From Candidatus Omnitrophota bacterium (GTDB lineage: Bacteria > Omnitrophota > Gorgyraeia > Tantalellales > Tantalellaceae): 48,737 nucleotides of DNA. Where the stretch lies: positions 1 through 48,737 of the forward strand of contig JBDRNE010000007.1 of assembly GCA_043811395.1 (NCBI GenBank), given 5' to 3'. A program made the translations under genes and the position numbers. The notes beneath the pieces were generated by a model, which saw only the letters and a program-made list of their open reading frames with translations, ran no database searches and was not told where the DNA came from. Positions 8,222 through 18,400 of the stretch are shown piece by piece (position 1 is the stretch's first letter; every line of letters starts with the position of its first letter).

Positions 8222-10427
8222 TCTGACCCGTTCCGTTCGATGTTTTTTTTATATCTTCCGGATAATCCAAACGCGTATGAAACACACCGGTAAGCACTCT
8301 TACAAAACTATCCGCTATTTCATGCATATCTTTAAGCGTAAGATCGCAACTGTCCAACTGACCGTCAATAAACTTATTGTTTATTATTTTTTTCACAAGA
8401 TTTCTGATACTCGCCGGAGTCGGATCGTCTAACGTACGACTTGACGCCTCGACAGAATCAGCCAAAAGTACAATGGCACTTTCTTTAGTTTGGGGTTTTG
8501 GTCCCGGGTACCTAAAATTATCTTCTTTCAAAACCCCTGGTTCTTTTGCTTTTTGAACGGCTTTTTGATAGAAATAAAAAATCAAACTATCGCCATGATG
8601 CTGAGTAATAAAATCAATTATCTTGGTGTTTAACTTAAACTTCTTCGCTAATTCTTCGCCTTCTTTCACATGTTTTGCTATTATGAGCGCACTCATTGAC
8701 GGAGCCAAATTAGCGTGTTTTGACCCTGAAGTCATTTCATTTTCCGTAAAATATTCCGCTTTAGACATTTTACCAATGTCATGATAATACGCCCCGACTC
8801 TTGCTAAAAGACTGTTCGCGCCTATCGCGTCACACGCGGATTCTGCAAGGTTTCCCACCATAATGCTGTGATGATACGTACCAGGCGCTTCCATCGCCAG
8901 TCTTTTTAACAGCGGATGGTTCAAATCTGAAAGTTCCAACAAACTAATATTTGTCGGCACTTTGAAAAAATACTCAAACACAGGCAAAAGCCCCATAACT
9001 ATAAAACCTGACAAAACTCCGCTCGCTATGCCCCAAAGTCCGTCATGTATAAAAAAATCCAGTTCCATACTGTTTATTAAGCCAATACAGGCTATGGCCG
9101 CAAATTTTGCCAAACCTGCCAAAAGACCTGCCCACAATATTTGCATGCGTCTTCGCGCTCCTTTAACCGCGAACATTCCTACGGCACTGCCTGTTAGTAA
9201 AACAAGCATAACCTCACTGCCGCCACCCATTAGAAGCGATATTAAAAGGCTCATAATAACCGCACAAATAAAAGCCGCGTTAAAATTAACTAAAAGTGTA
9301 ATTATCATCGCCATGCCGGCCATTGGCACAAAATATGTCGGCTGAGGCGACCGCATAATAAAATCAGCCACTACAATTATAAACAGAAGGTTTAAAAGTA
9401 TAATTACGATATTTTTTGTGTACGTTAAAAAATGTTTTTTTTGAGTGAACGACATAAAAATTGAAACTATCATCCACAAAAGAAAAAAGAGAACCACCAC
9501 TCCTATAAAAAAACTCGGCGTAAGACCCGGACGAAAAACACGCCTTAACTGCGACACCTGTGTAATGTGACGCGCGTTAACCCTCTTTCCTTTTTCAACA
9601 ATAAGTTCGTTTTTCTTAACTTCCCATCTTCGGTATATTGGTTCAACGTTTTTCTCGGTTTCTAGCTTTTCTGACTCTGTTTTTTTCTCATCCAAACGCA
9701 GACTAGGCACGATTAAGGCGGATAACACCGAACTTACAGCCTGCCGGATTTTTCGGTCAGAACCAAACTGAGTTTCCGCGAAAGTTTCAATTCGTTCTTG
9801 AATATTTCCCTGTTCTAAAAGATCGCTCAGATTTAATTCTACTGGTTCTCCGGGTTCTTCACTTGAAAGAGAAACTTTCGTAACGCCTTTTTCTTTCAAA
9901 TATGCATAGTTCTCGGAACTCAAATAACCTATCTTAAGCACATCATTAAGCACACGAATTGTTTTTTCTCGTAATTCACCGGAATTATTATATTCCAATA
10001 GAATCTTGATATTTTTATCTGAAATTTTGCCATCCGCAATATCTTTAAGATTGTTGACCTTATCTATTATCGGCAATGTTTGTTCTTTTTCCGCAGAAAG
10101 CACGTCAAAAAATCTACCAATTTCAGATACAGTGTCCTCTTCCAAAACTTTGTCGGTCCATAAATAGTAAGGCACTCTTTTAGCCACAGCTTCTTTTGAT
10201 AACTGCGTCTTTTCCTTGTCTATTTCCCAAAAATACGTGAAGTCATAAGGCGCATAAACATCCTTTAACGCAATATCCCCTTCATGAATATTCCACTGGT
10301 ATAATTGCGGACTAATAAACATACTAAAAAGCGCCACCATGCAGAACACTATTATGAAAAAAACTGATATATTCTGCTTGTTTGAAGCAATTTCAGCTAT
10401 TGTCTTGGACCTAAACACCTTATTCAT
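8175..10427 (-). CDS. pgpH: 7TM-receptor HD-domain phosphohydrolase (PgpH/YqfF family, cyclic-di-AMP phosphodiesterase type)
   Basis: 750 aa. N-terminal TM plus extracytoplasmic domain, a 7-TM block, and a C-terminal HD domain ('YHHSIMVGNL', 'AYYHDIGK', 'ITQHHG'). Conserved position between phoH and ybeY. Confidence 0.78.
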   Translation of the reverse strand: MNKVFRSKTIAEIASNKQNISVFFIIVFCMVALFSMFISPQLYQWNIHEGDIALKDVYAPYDFTYFWEIDKEKTQLSKEAVAKRVPYYLWTDKVLEEDTVSEIGRFFDVLSAEKEQTLPIIDKVNNLKDIADGKISDKNIKILLEYNNSGELREKTIRVLNDVLKIGYLSSENYAYLKEKGVTKVSLSSEEPGEPVELNLSDLLEQGNIQERIETFAETQFGSDRKIRQAVSSVLSALIVPSLRLDEKKTESEKLETEKNVEPIYRRWEVKKNELIVEKGKRVNARHITQVSQLRRVFRPGLTPSFFIGVVVLFFLLWMIVSIFMSFTQKKHFLTYTKNIVIILLNLLFIIVVADFIMRSPQPTYFVPMAGMAMIITLLVNFNAAFICAVIMSLLISLLMGGGSEVMLVLLTGSAVGMFAVKGARRRMQILWAGLLAGLAKFAAIACIGLINSMELDFFIHDGLWGIASGVLSGFIVMGLLPVFEYFFKVPTNISLLELSDLNHPLLKRLAMEAPGTYHHSIMVGNLAESACDAIGANSLLARVGAYYHDIGKMSKAEYFTENEMTSGSKHANLAPSMSALIIAKHVKEGEELAKKFKLNTKIIDFITQHHGDSLIFYFYQKAVQKAKEPGVLKEDNFRYPGPKPQTKESAIVLLADSVEASSRTLDDPTPASIRNLVKKIINNKFIDGQLDSCDLTLKDMHEIADSFVRVLTGVFHTRLDYPEDIKKTSNGTGQNDTDKLQKPKQKKKD

Positions 10428-11379
10428 GCTCAGCCTCTGCTTCCTTGTAAACCTGTATTATTTTTTGAACAAGTTCGTGCCGGACAACGTCTTCTCCCTT
10501 TAAAACGACAAATTTTATACCTTCTGTTTTTTCTAAAAGCGATTTCGCGTGTACAAGCCCGGATTCTTTGCCTTTCGGAAGGTCGCTTTGAGTAACGTCT
10601 CCGGTGATAACGGTTTTTGAATCAAACCCCAACCGGGTTAGAAACATCTTCATTTGTTCTTTTGTGGAATTCTGGGCTTCATCCATTATAATAAATGAAT
10701 CATTAAGCGTACGCCCCCGCATATATGCAAGCGGCGCTACTTCAATAATTCCCCTATCGAGATAATCCTTTGCCCGATGCGGTTCAACCATATCATAAAG
10801 AGCGTCATACAAAGGACGCAGATAAGGGTTAACTTTTTCATACATATCTCCCGGCAAATAACCCAAACTCTCCCCTGCTTCTATCGCCGGTCTGGTAAGA
10901 ATAATGCGTGAAACTAGATTTTTTCTTAGCGCGTTAACTGCCATCGCCATTGCTAAATAGGTCTTTCCGGTTCCGGCTGGACCTATGCCAAACGCGATAT
11001 CATGTTTCCGTATGGCATCAATATACCGTTTTTGGCCTTCACTCCTCGGGACAATAAACGCGCGTTTTGAACTTACTTCTATGCGATCTAAAAAAATATC
11101 GTTAAGCGGCATTTTAATGTTCGCGTTGTTAATCGCGTAATCTATATCCCTCTCCGAAAGATGCCCACCTTTACGTATAACGATTAAAAACTCATTGATA
11201 ATTTTCTCGACACGCCCAACATCCACGTGTTCATTCTTAGCTAGTATCTTCAATTTTCCGCCACGGAATACTGTCGTCACATCAAAAACCTTTTCAATTT
11301 TCTTAAGGTTTTCATCGTGTTTTCCGAAAAGTATCCTTGCCTCGGAATCGTTTTTAAGGCTTATGTTTGTTTCCTGCAT
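10420..11379 (-). CDS. phoH: PhoH-family ATPase
   Basis: 319 aa. Walker A 'GPAGTGKTYLA', Walker B 'IIMDEAQN', 'VITGDVTQSDLP'. Confidence 0.9.
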   Translation of the reverse strand: MQETNISLKNDSEARILFGKHDENLKKIEKVFDVTTVFRGGKLKILAKNEHVDVGRVEKIINEFLIVIRKGGHLSERDIDYAINNANIKMPLNDIFLDRIEVSSKRAFIVPRSEGQKRYIDAIRKHDIAFGIGPAGTGKTYLAMAMAVNALRKNLVSRIILTRPAIEAGESLGYLPGDMYEKVNPYLRPLYDALYDMVEPHRAKDYLDRGIIEVAPLAYMRGRTLNDSFIIMDEAQNSTKEQMKMFLTRLGFDSKTVITGDVTQSDLPKGKESGLVHAKSLLEKTEGIKFVVLKGEDVVRHELVQKIIQVYKEAEAEHE

Positions 11380-11416
11380 AATTTTATGTTATTTATCAGT
11401 AGTTTACCGTCAAAAA

Positions 11417-11845
11417 CTATTTAATCCAGTTTTCTTCTGTTTCCTCTATTATAACGATGTTTTCAACAACAGGAACTGATTCTTTAGCTTCTGGATGTTT
11501 TGGAACTGGACTTTTTTCTCGTAAAGATTCCATCTTCTTTAATTCAGGTTGTTTCTTTTGTTCAGGTTGTTTCTTTGGTTTGGGTTTTACTTCTTCAATT
11601 GTCTCATCCTCATCATCAGTGGTTACCCCTACCATAATATCAACGCCAATCAACGTCCTTTGAGTGTTTCTTGGTTTTTCAACTCCTTCCGGCGCCTTAC
11701 CCATAACGTATCCGCGGTTTCCGCTAACATCCTGGTCAACACGATCTTTTTTAAACGTATACACTTCCAAAAACTTTTCCTCCGCTTCAGCACGTACGAC
11801 CAAAAACGCCGCGGCAACAATTAGAAATACACAAATCTTGTACAT
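11417..11845 (-). CDS. Hypothetical secreted protein with a Lys/Pro/Glu-rich tail
   Basis: I prefer ATG at 11845, preceded by AAGGAGG. Signal peptide 'MYKICVFLIVAAAFLVVRAEA'. Low-complexity 'KPKPKKQPEQKKQPELKK'. No recognisable family. Confidence 0.5.
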   Translation of the reverse strand: MYKICVFLIVAAAFLVVRAEAEEKFLEVYTFKKDRVDQDVSGNRGYVMGKAPEGVEKPRNTQRTLIGVDIMVGVTTDDEDETIEEVKPKPKKQPEQKKQPELKKMESLREKSPVPKHPEAKESVPVVENIVIIEETEENWIK

Positions 11846-11879
11846 TTGTCCTCCTTTGCCTTGAACATACCTAAACTTT

Positions 11880-13655
11880 TTAGATATCAAATTTTCTTTT
11901 GACACGTATGCCTAACTCTTTAAGTTGATTTTCCGAAACCTGTGACGGCGCTCCCGAAAGTAGACACATCCCCTTTTGTGTTTTCGGAAACGGAATAACT
12001 TCCCTGATAGATGCATCTTTAGTAAAAAGCGTGATAAGCCTATCCAATCCAAATGCTACACCACCGTGCGGCGGCGGACTGTAACGAAACGCTTCTAAAA
12101 GAAACCCAAATTTTTGTTCACACTCTTCTTTGCTGAGACCCAGCACCTCAAATATCTTTTGCTGAATATCTCTTTTGTGTATTCTGATGCTTCCAGACCC
12201 TATTTCACTTCCGTTGAGCACCAAATCATAAGATTTTGATATTACTTTTGAAAGTTCCCCGTTTTCCAAAAACTTCAGATCCTCTTCCCTGAACGATGTG
12301 AAAGGATGATGTTCCGAAACCCATCTCTGGTCATCCTTATTAAACTTAAATAACGGAAAATTTACAACCCATAAAAAATCAAAACGTTCTTTATCTATAA
12401 GCCCTTTATCCCGTCCAATCTTAAGTCGCAAAGCGCCTAATGCCCCACAAGCAGTTTCTTTTGAATCGGCAACCATAAATATCATGTCACCTGGTTTAGC
12501 CCCAGTTCTTTCCCTGAAGAGTTTCAACTCGTCAGCAGTAAAAAACTTTACAATCGGTGAAACAAGTTCATTTTCTTCGACCTTGAAATAAGCCAACCCC
12601 TTCGCGCCGTGCTCTCCAGCAAAAGCCGTAAGGTCATCTATTTCTTTTCTGCTTATTGAACCATATCCCGGAGCGGCTAACGCCATAACTCTGCCGCCAG
12701 ATTCAACAACGTTTTTAAAAACTTTAAAATCACATTTTTCTTTTATTTCCGTGGTAAAATTATGTAAAAAAACATCAAATCGCGTATCAGGCTTATCAGT
12801 GCCATAACGATTCATAGCATCTTCATAATCCATTTTTAAAAAAGGGACTGTTACGTCTTTATTTATTACTTCGGAACAAATCCCTTTAAAAAGACGTTCA
12901 CAAATTTCGAGAACATCTTCTTCTTCTACAAATGACATTTCCATATCCAACTGCGTAAACTCCGGCTGGCGGTCCGCTCTTAAATCTTCGTCTCGGAAAC
13001 ACTTTACAATCTGAAAATACCGTTCCAATCCGCTTACCATTAATAACTGTTTAAAAATCTGCGGAGATTGTGGCAACGCGTAAAACTCTCCTTGCTGTAT
13101 TCTTGACGGGACAAGATAGTCTCTGGCACCTTCAGGAGTCGACCTTGTAAGAACCGGTGTTTCTACAAATAAAAAACCTTCCTTATCCAGAAAATTCGTT
13201 ATAAACTTGTACGCTTTGTGTTTCATTCGAAGCTTTTTCTGCATAACCGGACGCCTCAAATCAAGGTATCTGTATTTCAATCGAACTTCTTCAGTAGCGG
13301 CTATATTATCTTTAATCTCAAACGGCAGTGTTTCACACTCTGAAAGTATTTCTACTTTTGCCACTTCCACTTCGATTTCTCCGGTAACAATATTTGAATT
13401 TATTGTACCCTCGGGACGCGACACCACTTTTCCGGTAACTTTAATACAATACTCATTTCTAAGTTCATGCGCCGTTTCATGTATTTTTTTATTTTTTTCC
13501 GGATCAAAAACTATCTGTGTTATCCCAAACTTGTCTCGGATATCCATAAAAATAATTTCACCGTGATCTCGACGCGCCGCTACCCATCCACACAGTGAAA
13601 CTTCTTTTGAAACATCTTTCACCGTCAGTTCTCCACAAGTGTGAGTCCTTATCAT
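11880..13655 (-). CDS. aspS: Aspartate--tRNA ligase
   Basis: 591 aa. Class II motif 2 'FRDEDLRADRQPEFTQLD', motif 3 'GGVAFGLDRL', N-terminal OB anticodon-binding domain. Confidence 0.95.
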   Translation of the reverse strand: MIRTHTCGELTVKDVSKEVSLCGWVAARRDHGEIIFMDIRDKFGITQIVFDPEKNKKIHETAHELRNEYCIKVTGKVVSRPEGTINSNIVTGEIEVEVAKVEILSECETLPFEIKDNIAATEEVRLKYRYLDLRRPVMQKKLRMKHKAYKFITNFLDKEGFLFVETPVLTRSTPEGARDYLVPSRIQQGEFYALPQSPQIFKQLLMVSGLERYFQIVKCFRDEDLRADRQPEFTQLDMEMSFVEEEDVLEICERLFKGICSEVINKDVTVPFLKMDYEDAMNRYGTDKPDTRFDVFLHNFTTEIKEKCDFKVFKNVVESGGRVMALAAPGYGSISRKEIDDLTAFAGEHGAKGLAYFKVEENELVSPIVKFFTADELKLFRERTGAKPGDMIFMVADSKETACGALGALRLKIGRDKGLIDKERFDFLWVVNFPLFKFNKDDQRWVSEHHPFTSFREEDLKFLENGELSKVISKSYDLVLNGSEIGSGSIRIHKRDIQQKIFEVLGLSKEECEQKFGFLLEAFRYSPPPHGGVAFGLDRLITLFTKDASIREVIPFPKTQKGMCLLSGAPSQVSENQLKELGIRVKRKFDI

Positions 13656-13701
13656 GTTCCTCTATACCCTTTCTTATATCCAATCATTCTTATTTGGTAC
13701 C

Positions 13702-13723
13702 GGACAGGCACGAGGGCCTGTCC
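13702..13723. repeat. GC-rich hairpin repeat, family 1, copy a1
   Basis: GGACAGGC (13702-13709), 6-nt loop, GCCTGTCC (13716-13723), in the hisS-aspS spacer. Confidence 0.7.
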
Positions 13724-13750
13724 CGACCTATCATTTCTCGGTTCTTTTCA

Positions 13751-13781
13751 ATTACGGACAAGGGCAAGCCCTGTCCCTACA
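13751..13781. repeat. GC-rich hairpin repeat, family 1, copy a2 (overlaps the 3' end of hisS)
   Basis: ATTAC-GGACAAGGGC-AA-GCCCTGTCC-CTACA. Shares the ATTACGG and CCCTACA flanks with the copy at 24064-24095. Confidence 0.7.
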
Positions 13782-15029
13782 GGTCAACCGGCCAACTGCT
13801 TCTTCAAAAGATATCAGTTCCTGTTCTCCGGTTTCCATATCTTTTAAAAGAAGTTTTCCCTGTTTCAGTTCATCTTCACCTATAATAGCTACAAATTTTC
13901 TTTTCTCCTTATGTGCTTTACGCATTTGCCCTTTAAAGGAACGTTTCATATGATCAACATCGCACGAAACTTTATTCTGCCAAAATTTTCTAGCCAAAAG
14001 AAACGCGTCTTTTAAATATTCGTCCTTTATCGGAATAATTAAAAGCCTTTTAAGTGAAACCTTTGTGTCCTGCTTAGCAATAAGTAATAACCGTTCCACT
14101 CCGACAGCATATCCTGTGGCCCCGATATCCGGGCCACCCATCTGTTTAACCAAAGCATCATATCTTCCGCCCGCGGCAATCGCGTCCTGAGCACCAAGCA
14201 AAGGATGTATAATTTCAAAAACAATTCCCGTATAATAATCCAGCCCTCTTACCAAATCCGTTTTTTCTTTAAAAGAAACTTCCATTTCTGAGAGCATATC
14301 TTTAAGCTGAACATAATCCTTTTTACAACCATCGCATAAATAAGCTAAAATATTAGGCGCTTTTTTCACGACTTCCCTGCACATAGTATTCTTACAATCA
14401 AGCACTCTTAGAACGTTAATTTTCGCTCGCCGGCGACAATTATCACAAAGTTTAGAATCTTTTGTACTTAAATAATCCTGTAAGGCTTTTTTAAAATGCA
14501 TTCGGTCTTTCGCGCATCCCAAAGAATTGATTAGTATGGTAAAATCGTTAATACCAAACTCATTTAAAAGCAGTTTTATGTTAACAATAAGTTCAGCATC
14601 CACATATGGATGAGTGCTTCCTATTATTTCGACTCCGATTTGATGAAACTGTCTTAATCGGCCTTTTTGAGGGCGTTCTCCTCTAAACATAGGCCCAAGA
14701 TAAAACAATTTACAGATGTCTCCGCTATTATGCCAGCCATGTTCGATATACGCGCGAATGATAGATGCCGTACCCTCAGGACGAAGCGAGACCTGTTTGC
14801 CTCCGCGGTCAACAAACGAATACATTTCTTTTTCAACAATATCAGTATCCTCACCAATACTTCTCGTAAAAACTCCTGTTTCTTCAAGAATCGGTGTACG
14901 AATTTCCTCATATCCGAACCTCTGAAAAAGAATTCTAGCTTTTTGTTCCAAGAACTGCCTAAAAAACGCCTCGGGAGGCAAAATATCAGGCATTCCCCTA
15001 AGTGATTTATAATTGGTTTTTGCGCTCAC
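13752..15029 (-). CDS. hisS: Histidine--tRNA ligase
   Basis: 425 aa, GTG start (cac at 15027-15029). 'LRGMPDILP', motif 2 'FRGERPQKGRLRQFHQ', 'AAGGRYDAL'. The C-terminal 'TCRDRACPCP' and the stop are encoded by the hairpin repeat. Confidence 0.93.
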   Translation of the reverse strand: MSAKTNYKSLRGMPDILPPEAFFRQFLEQKARILFQRFGYEEIRTPILEETGVFTRSIGEDTDIVEKEMYSFVDRGGKQVSLRPEGTASIIRAYIEHGWHNSGDICKLFYLGPMFRGERPQKGRLRQFHQIGVEIIGSTHPYVDAELIVNIKLLLNEFGINDFTILINSLGCAKDRMHFKKALQDYLSTKDSKLCDNCRRRAKINVLRVLDCKNTMCREVVKKAPNILAYLCDGCKKDYVQLKDMLSEMEVSFKEKTDLVRGLDYYTGIVFEIIHPLLGAQDAIAAGGRYDALVKQMGGPDIGATGYAVGVERLLLIAKQDTKVSLKRLLIIPIKDEYLKDAFLLARKFWQNKVSCDVDHMKRSFKGQMRKAHKEKRKFVAIIGEDELKQGKLLLKDMETGEQELISFEEAVGRLTCRDRACPCP

Positions 15030-15031
15030 TT

Positions 15032-15322
15032 TTACATACCATCCGCGATAGATTCCACATCAAGTTTCATTTTCATTCCTGATTTAAATGCAACTACCTT
15101 TTTATCTGGAATAGAGACACCTGCACCTGTCCTGGGGTTTCTGCCTAGCCTTCCTTTTCGAACTTTAACTTTAAAAATACCAAAATTTCTAAGCTCAACT
15201 TTGTCCCCCGAGCGAAGACTATCGATAATTATATCAAAAGTCCGCTGAACCACCTCTTTAACATCAACTTGCTTAATTCCGGTATCCTCGGAAATTTTCA
15301 AAATAATGTCTTTCTTTGTCAT
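15032..15322 (-). CDS. HU/IHF-family DNA-binding protein
   Basis: 96 aa. 'ELRNFGIFKVKVRKGRLGRNPRTG' beta-arm signature of HU/IHF. Confidence 0.85.
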   Translation of the reverse strand: MTKKDIILKISEDTGIKQVDVKEVVQRTFDIIIDSLRSGDKVELRNFGIFKVKVRKGRLGRNPRTGAGVSIPDKKVVAFKSGMKMKLDVESIADGM

Positions 15323-15411
15323 TTTTTCCTCCCTTTCACTTAAAACACAAATTGCATATTGTTAGCTTTATAAATAAACATCGTGTTTTTTGACAAATCC
15401 AATAAGTGCTT

Positions 15412-15440
15412 ATACTATCATGGGTTACACTCTATGTCAA
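15412..15440 (-). promoter_or_regulatory. Sigma-70-type promoter candidate for the HU/IHF-hisS-aspS unit
   Basis: Minus strand TTGACA (15435-15440), 17-nt spacer, TAGTAT (15412-15417), about 90 nt upstream of the ATG at 15322. Confidence 0.5.
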
Positions 15441-15454
15441 CGACAATTACATTA

Positions 15455-15484
15455 AAGATAGTTTATTTTTCCATAAACTATCTT
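15455..15484 (-). terminator. AT-rich 12-bp hairpin overlapping the dnaE stop (weak terminator candidate)
   Basis: AAGATAGTTTAT (15455-15466) / ATAAACTATCTT (15473-15484), 6-nt loop. The downstream U-tract on the minus strand is weak. Confidence 0.3.
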
Positions 15485-18400
15485 GTTAAAAATTTTATGT
15501 TCCCCGTCCCTACAATAGATTCAATATTTTCAATCAACTCATCCTGCGGAGACACGAAAAGATCTTTATCCACCGAAATCCTGACAGTCCGGCCTTCCGG
15601 CGCTACTAAATCAATAAATACCGTTGTAACTCCTTTGTACCTTTTTAATACCCTCTTGATTCTCAGCATCATATCTTCTTCGACAATATCCGTAGAAATC
15701 CTAATCAGCACCGATTTGGTAAATTTCTCTTTAACTTTTTCCAGAGGAATAATATCTTCCGCGACTATTTTCGGTTCTTCTTCACGCAAATTTAAACGCC
15801 CATAAACATATACCAACTCGTCTTCTCTTATCAGTTCCGGAGCTTTCCGATAAGCCTTTGGGAAAACTAAAACTTCAATAAAAGTTTCAAGATCAGCTAA
15901 ACTGACTATCGCCATTTTCTCAGCTTTTTTACGTGTAACCGTAATTCTAGCCTTATTTATTATACCTCCAACTAAAACTTCTTTCCCGTCAGCCATGCCG
16001 GCAAATTCTGAAATTCGCGCCGTAGAATAAGCATTAAGTAGCTTTTCAAATCGAACCAACGGATGTTTTGTAATGTAAAAACTAAGCATTTCTTTTTCAT
16101 TGGCAAGAAGCTGTTGTTCCGGCCATTCCGGGATATCAGGCATTTCCTGAAAATTCTTTTTGAAACTGTCATCAGCACTAGCATCATCAAAAAATGAAAG
16201 TTGTCCAAGACTTCGATCCCTGTTTGTTTTTGAAGCAATATTTAGTACCTTATCCAAAATCGCCATTGCCTGTGATCTGTATATATTCGTGGAATCAAAT
16301 GCCCCGCATTTAATTAAACTCTCGACAACTTTCCGGTTGACTGTCCTAAGCTCCGCTTTTTGGGCAAAGTCATATATAGACTCAAACCGGCCGTTATTTT
16401 TTCTTGTGTCAATAATGTTTTCCGCCGCGCCTGCTCCGACATTTTTAACCGCGGAAAGTCCAAACCGTATGTCGGTTCCCACAACCGTAAAATCTCTGAA
16501 ACTTTCATTTACATCAGGCGGTAAAATATTAATTCCCATGCGAATGGATTCATTAATGTAATCGGATATTTTGTCAGTATTATTTTTTTCACTTGTAAGA
16601 AGCGCTGTCATAAACTCAACGGGATAATTCGCTTTCAAAAAAGCCGTCCGATAACTTACCATCGCGTATGCCGCACTGTGTGATTTGTTAAAACCATAAC
16701 CCGCGAAATACGCGATAAAATCCCATATCTTTTCAGCTGTTTCTTTATTGACATTGTTTTTTTGAGCCCCGGTTAAAAACTGTAATTTTATCGTTTCAAG
16801 CGCCTCGTGTATTTTCTTGCCCATAACTTTGCGCACATTATCAGCTTCTGCCATACTAAAACCCGCAAGAGTAGAAACAATCTGCATAACCTGTTCCTGG
16901 AACACTATAATTCCATACGTCTCTTTCAATATCGGTTCCAGCGCGGGATGGTCATATTTAACTTCAATTTTTCCTTGTTTTCGTTTTATGAATTCATCTA
17001 GCATTCCGCTACCCATCGGCCCCGGGCGATAAAGCGCGAGTATAGCTATCAAATCTTCAAATTTTTCAGGTCGTATCTTTCGTAAAAGATCTCGCATCCC
17101 GCTCGATTCAAGCTGAAAAACTCCGGAAGTTTCCGCTTTAATTAAAAGATCAAAAGTTTTTTTATCTTCAAGCGAAATACTGTTTATGTCTATTTCTTCC
17201 TGACGCGTACGTTTAACAATCTTTACTGCCTGATCAATTACGGTTAATGTTTTAAGCCCCAGAAAATCCATTTTTAGCATACCAATTTTCTCAAGGGATT
17301 TCATTGAATAGCCGGTTGTAATCTGATCGTCCGCGGTTTTAAAAAGAGGGATTCGTTTATGCAACGGTTTATCCGAGATAACAACCCCTGCCGCGTGTGT
17401 TGACGCGTGTCGGTTGAGCCCTTCCAACCGTTTCGAAGTATCGATCAACTGTCGCACAACCGGATCTTCTTCATATTGCTTTCTAAGTTCCGGCTCTACC
17501 TCTAATGCTTGCTGTAAAGTTATCCCGGAATCTGCTGGCACAAGTTTAGCTATCTTATCCACTTCAGCATACGGAATACTCATAACACGACCAACATCGC
17601 GAAGAACACCTTTTGCCATCATTGTTCCAAAGGTAATTATTTGGGCAACATTTTCTTTTGAATATTTCTCAATTACGTAATCAATAACTTCGCCTCTTCG
17701 TTCAAAACAAAAATCTATATCGATATCCGGCATCGTAACCCTTGCCGGATTCAAAAACCGTTCAAAAATCAACCCGTATCTAAGCGGGTCAATATCAGTA
17801 ATACCCAACGCGTAACTGACAATACTTCCAGCGGCAGATCCCCTGCCCGGCCCGACGGATATGTTTTTCTCTTTAGCATGATTTATAAAATCCCACACTA
17901 TTAGAAAATAACTTTCATATCCACTGTCTTTTATAATCTTGAGTTCATGACTTGTACGTTTTTTTATCTCATCAGAAATTGTTCCATAACGTTTTTTTAT
18001 GCCGTCATTAACCAATCGATTAAAAAATACGCTGTTATCCTCATCATCCGGCGCCTTGAAATGAGGCAAATGCAGTTCATCAAAAGTAAAATCCAAGTTG
18101 CATCTGTCCAGAATTTTTATCGTATTTGCCAATGCTTCAGGAACTTCAGCGAAACTTTTTTTCATTTCGTCCGGAGACTTAAAATATAACTGATCCGTTT
18201 GAAACCTCATCCGATTAGTATCTGACAATGTCGTCTGAGTCTGCACACACAAAAGTGCGTCATGCGCTTTCGCGTCGCTCTTATTCAGATAATGGACATC
18301 ATTTGTCGCTACAAGTTCAAGCCCCGTATCTTTCGCAAGTTTAATAATATCCACGTTAAGTTTATTCTGCTGTTCCATTCCGTTATCTTGTATTTCCAGA

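Noticed and set aside
13595-13953. Three overlapping plus-strand ORFs across the hisS-aspS junction
   Set aside because: They are opened by the GC-rich hairpin repeats and are antisense to aspS and hisS. They have no coding signal.
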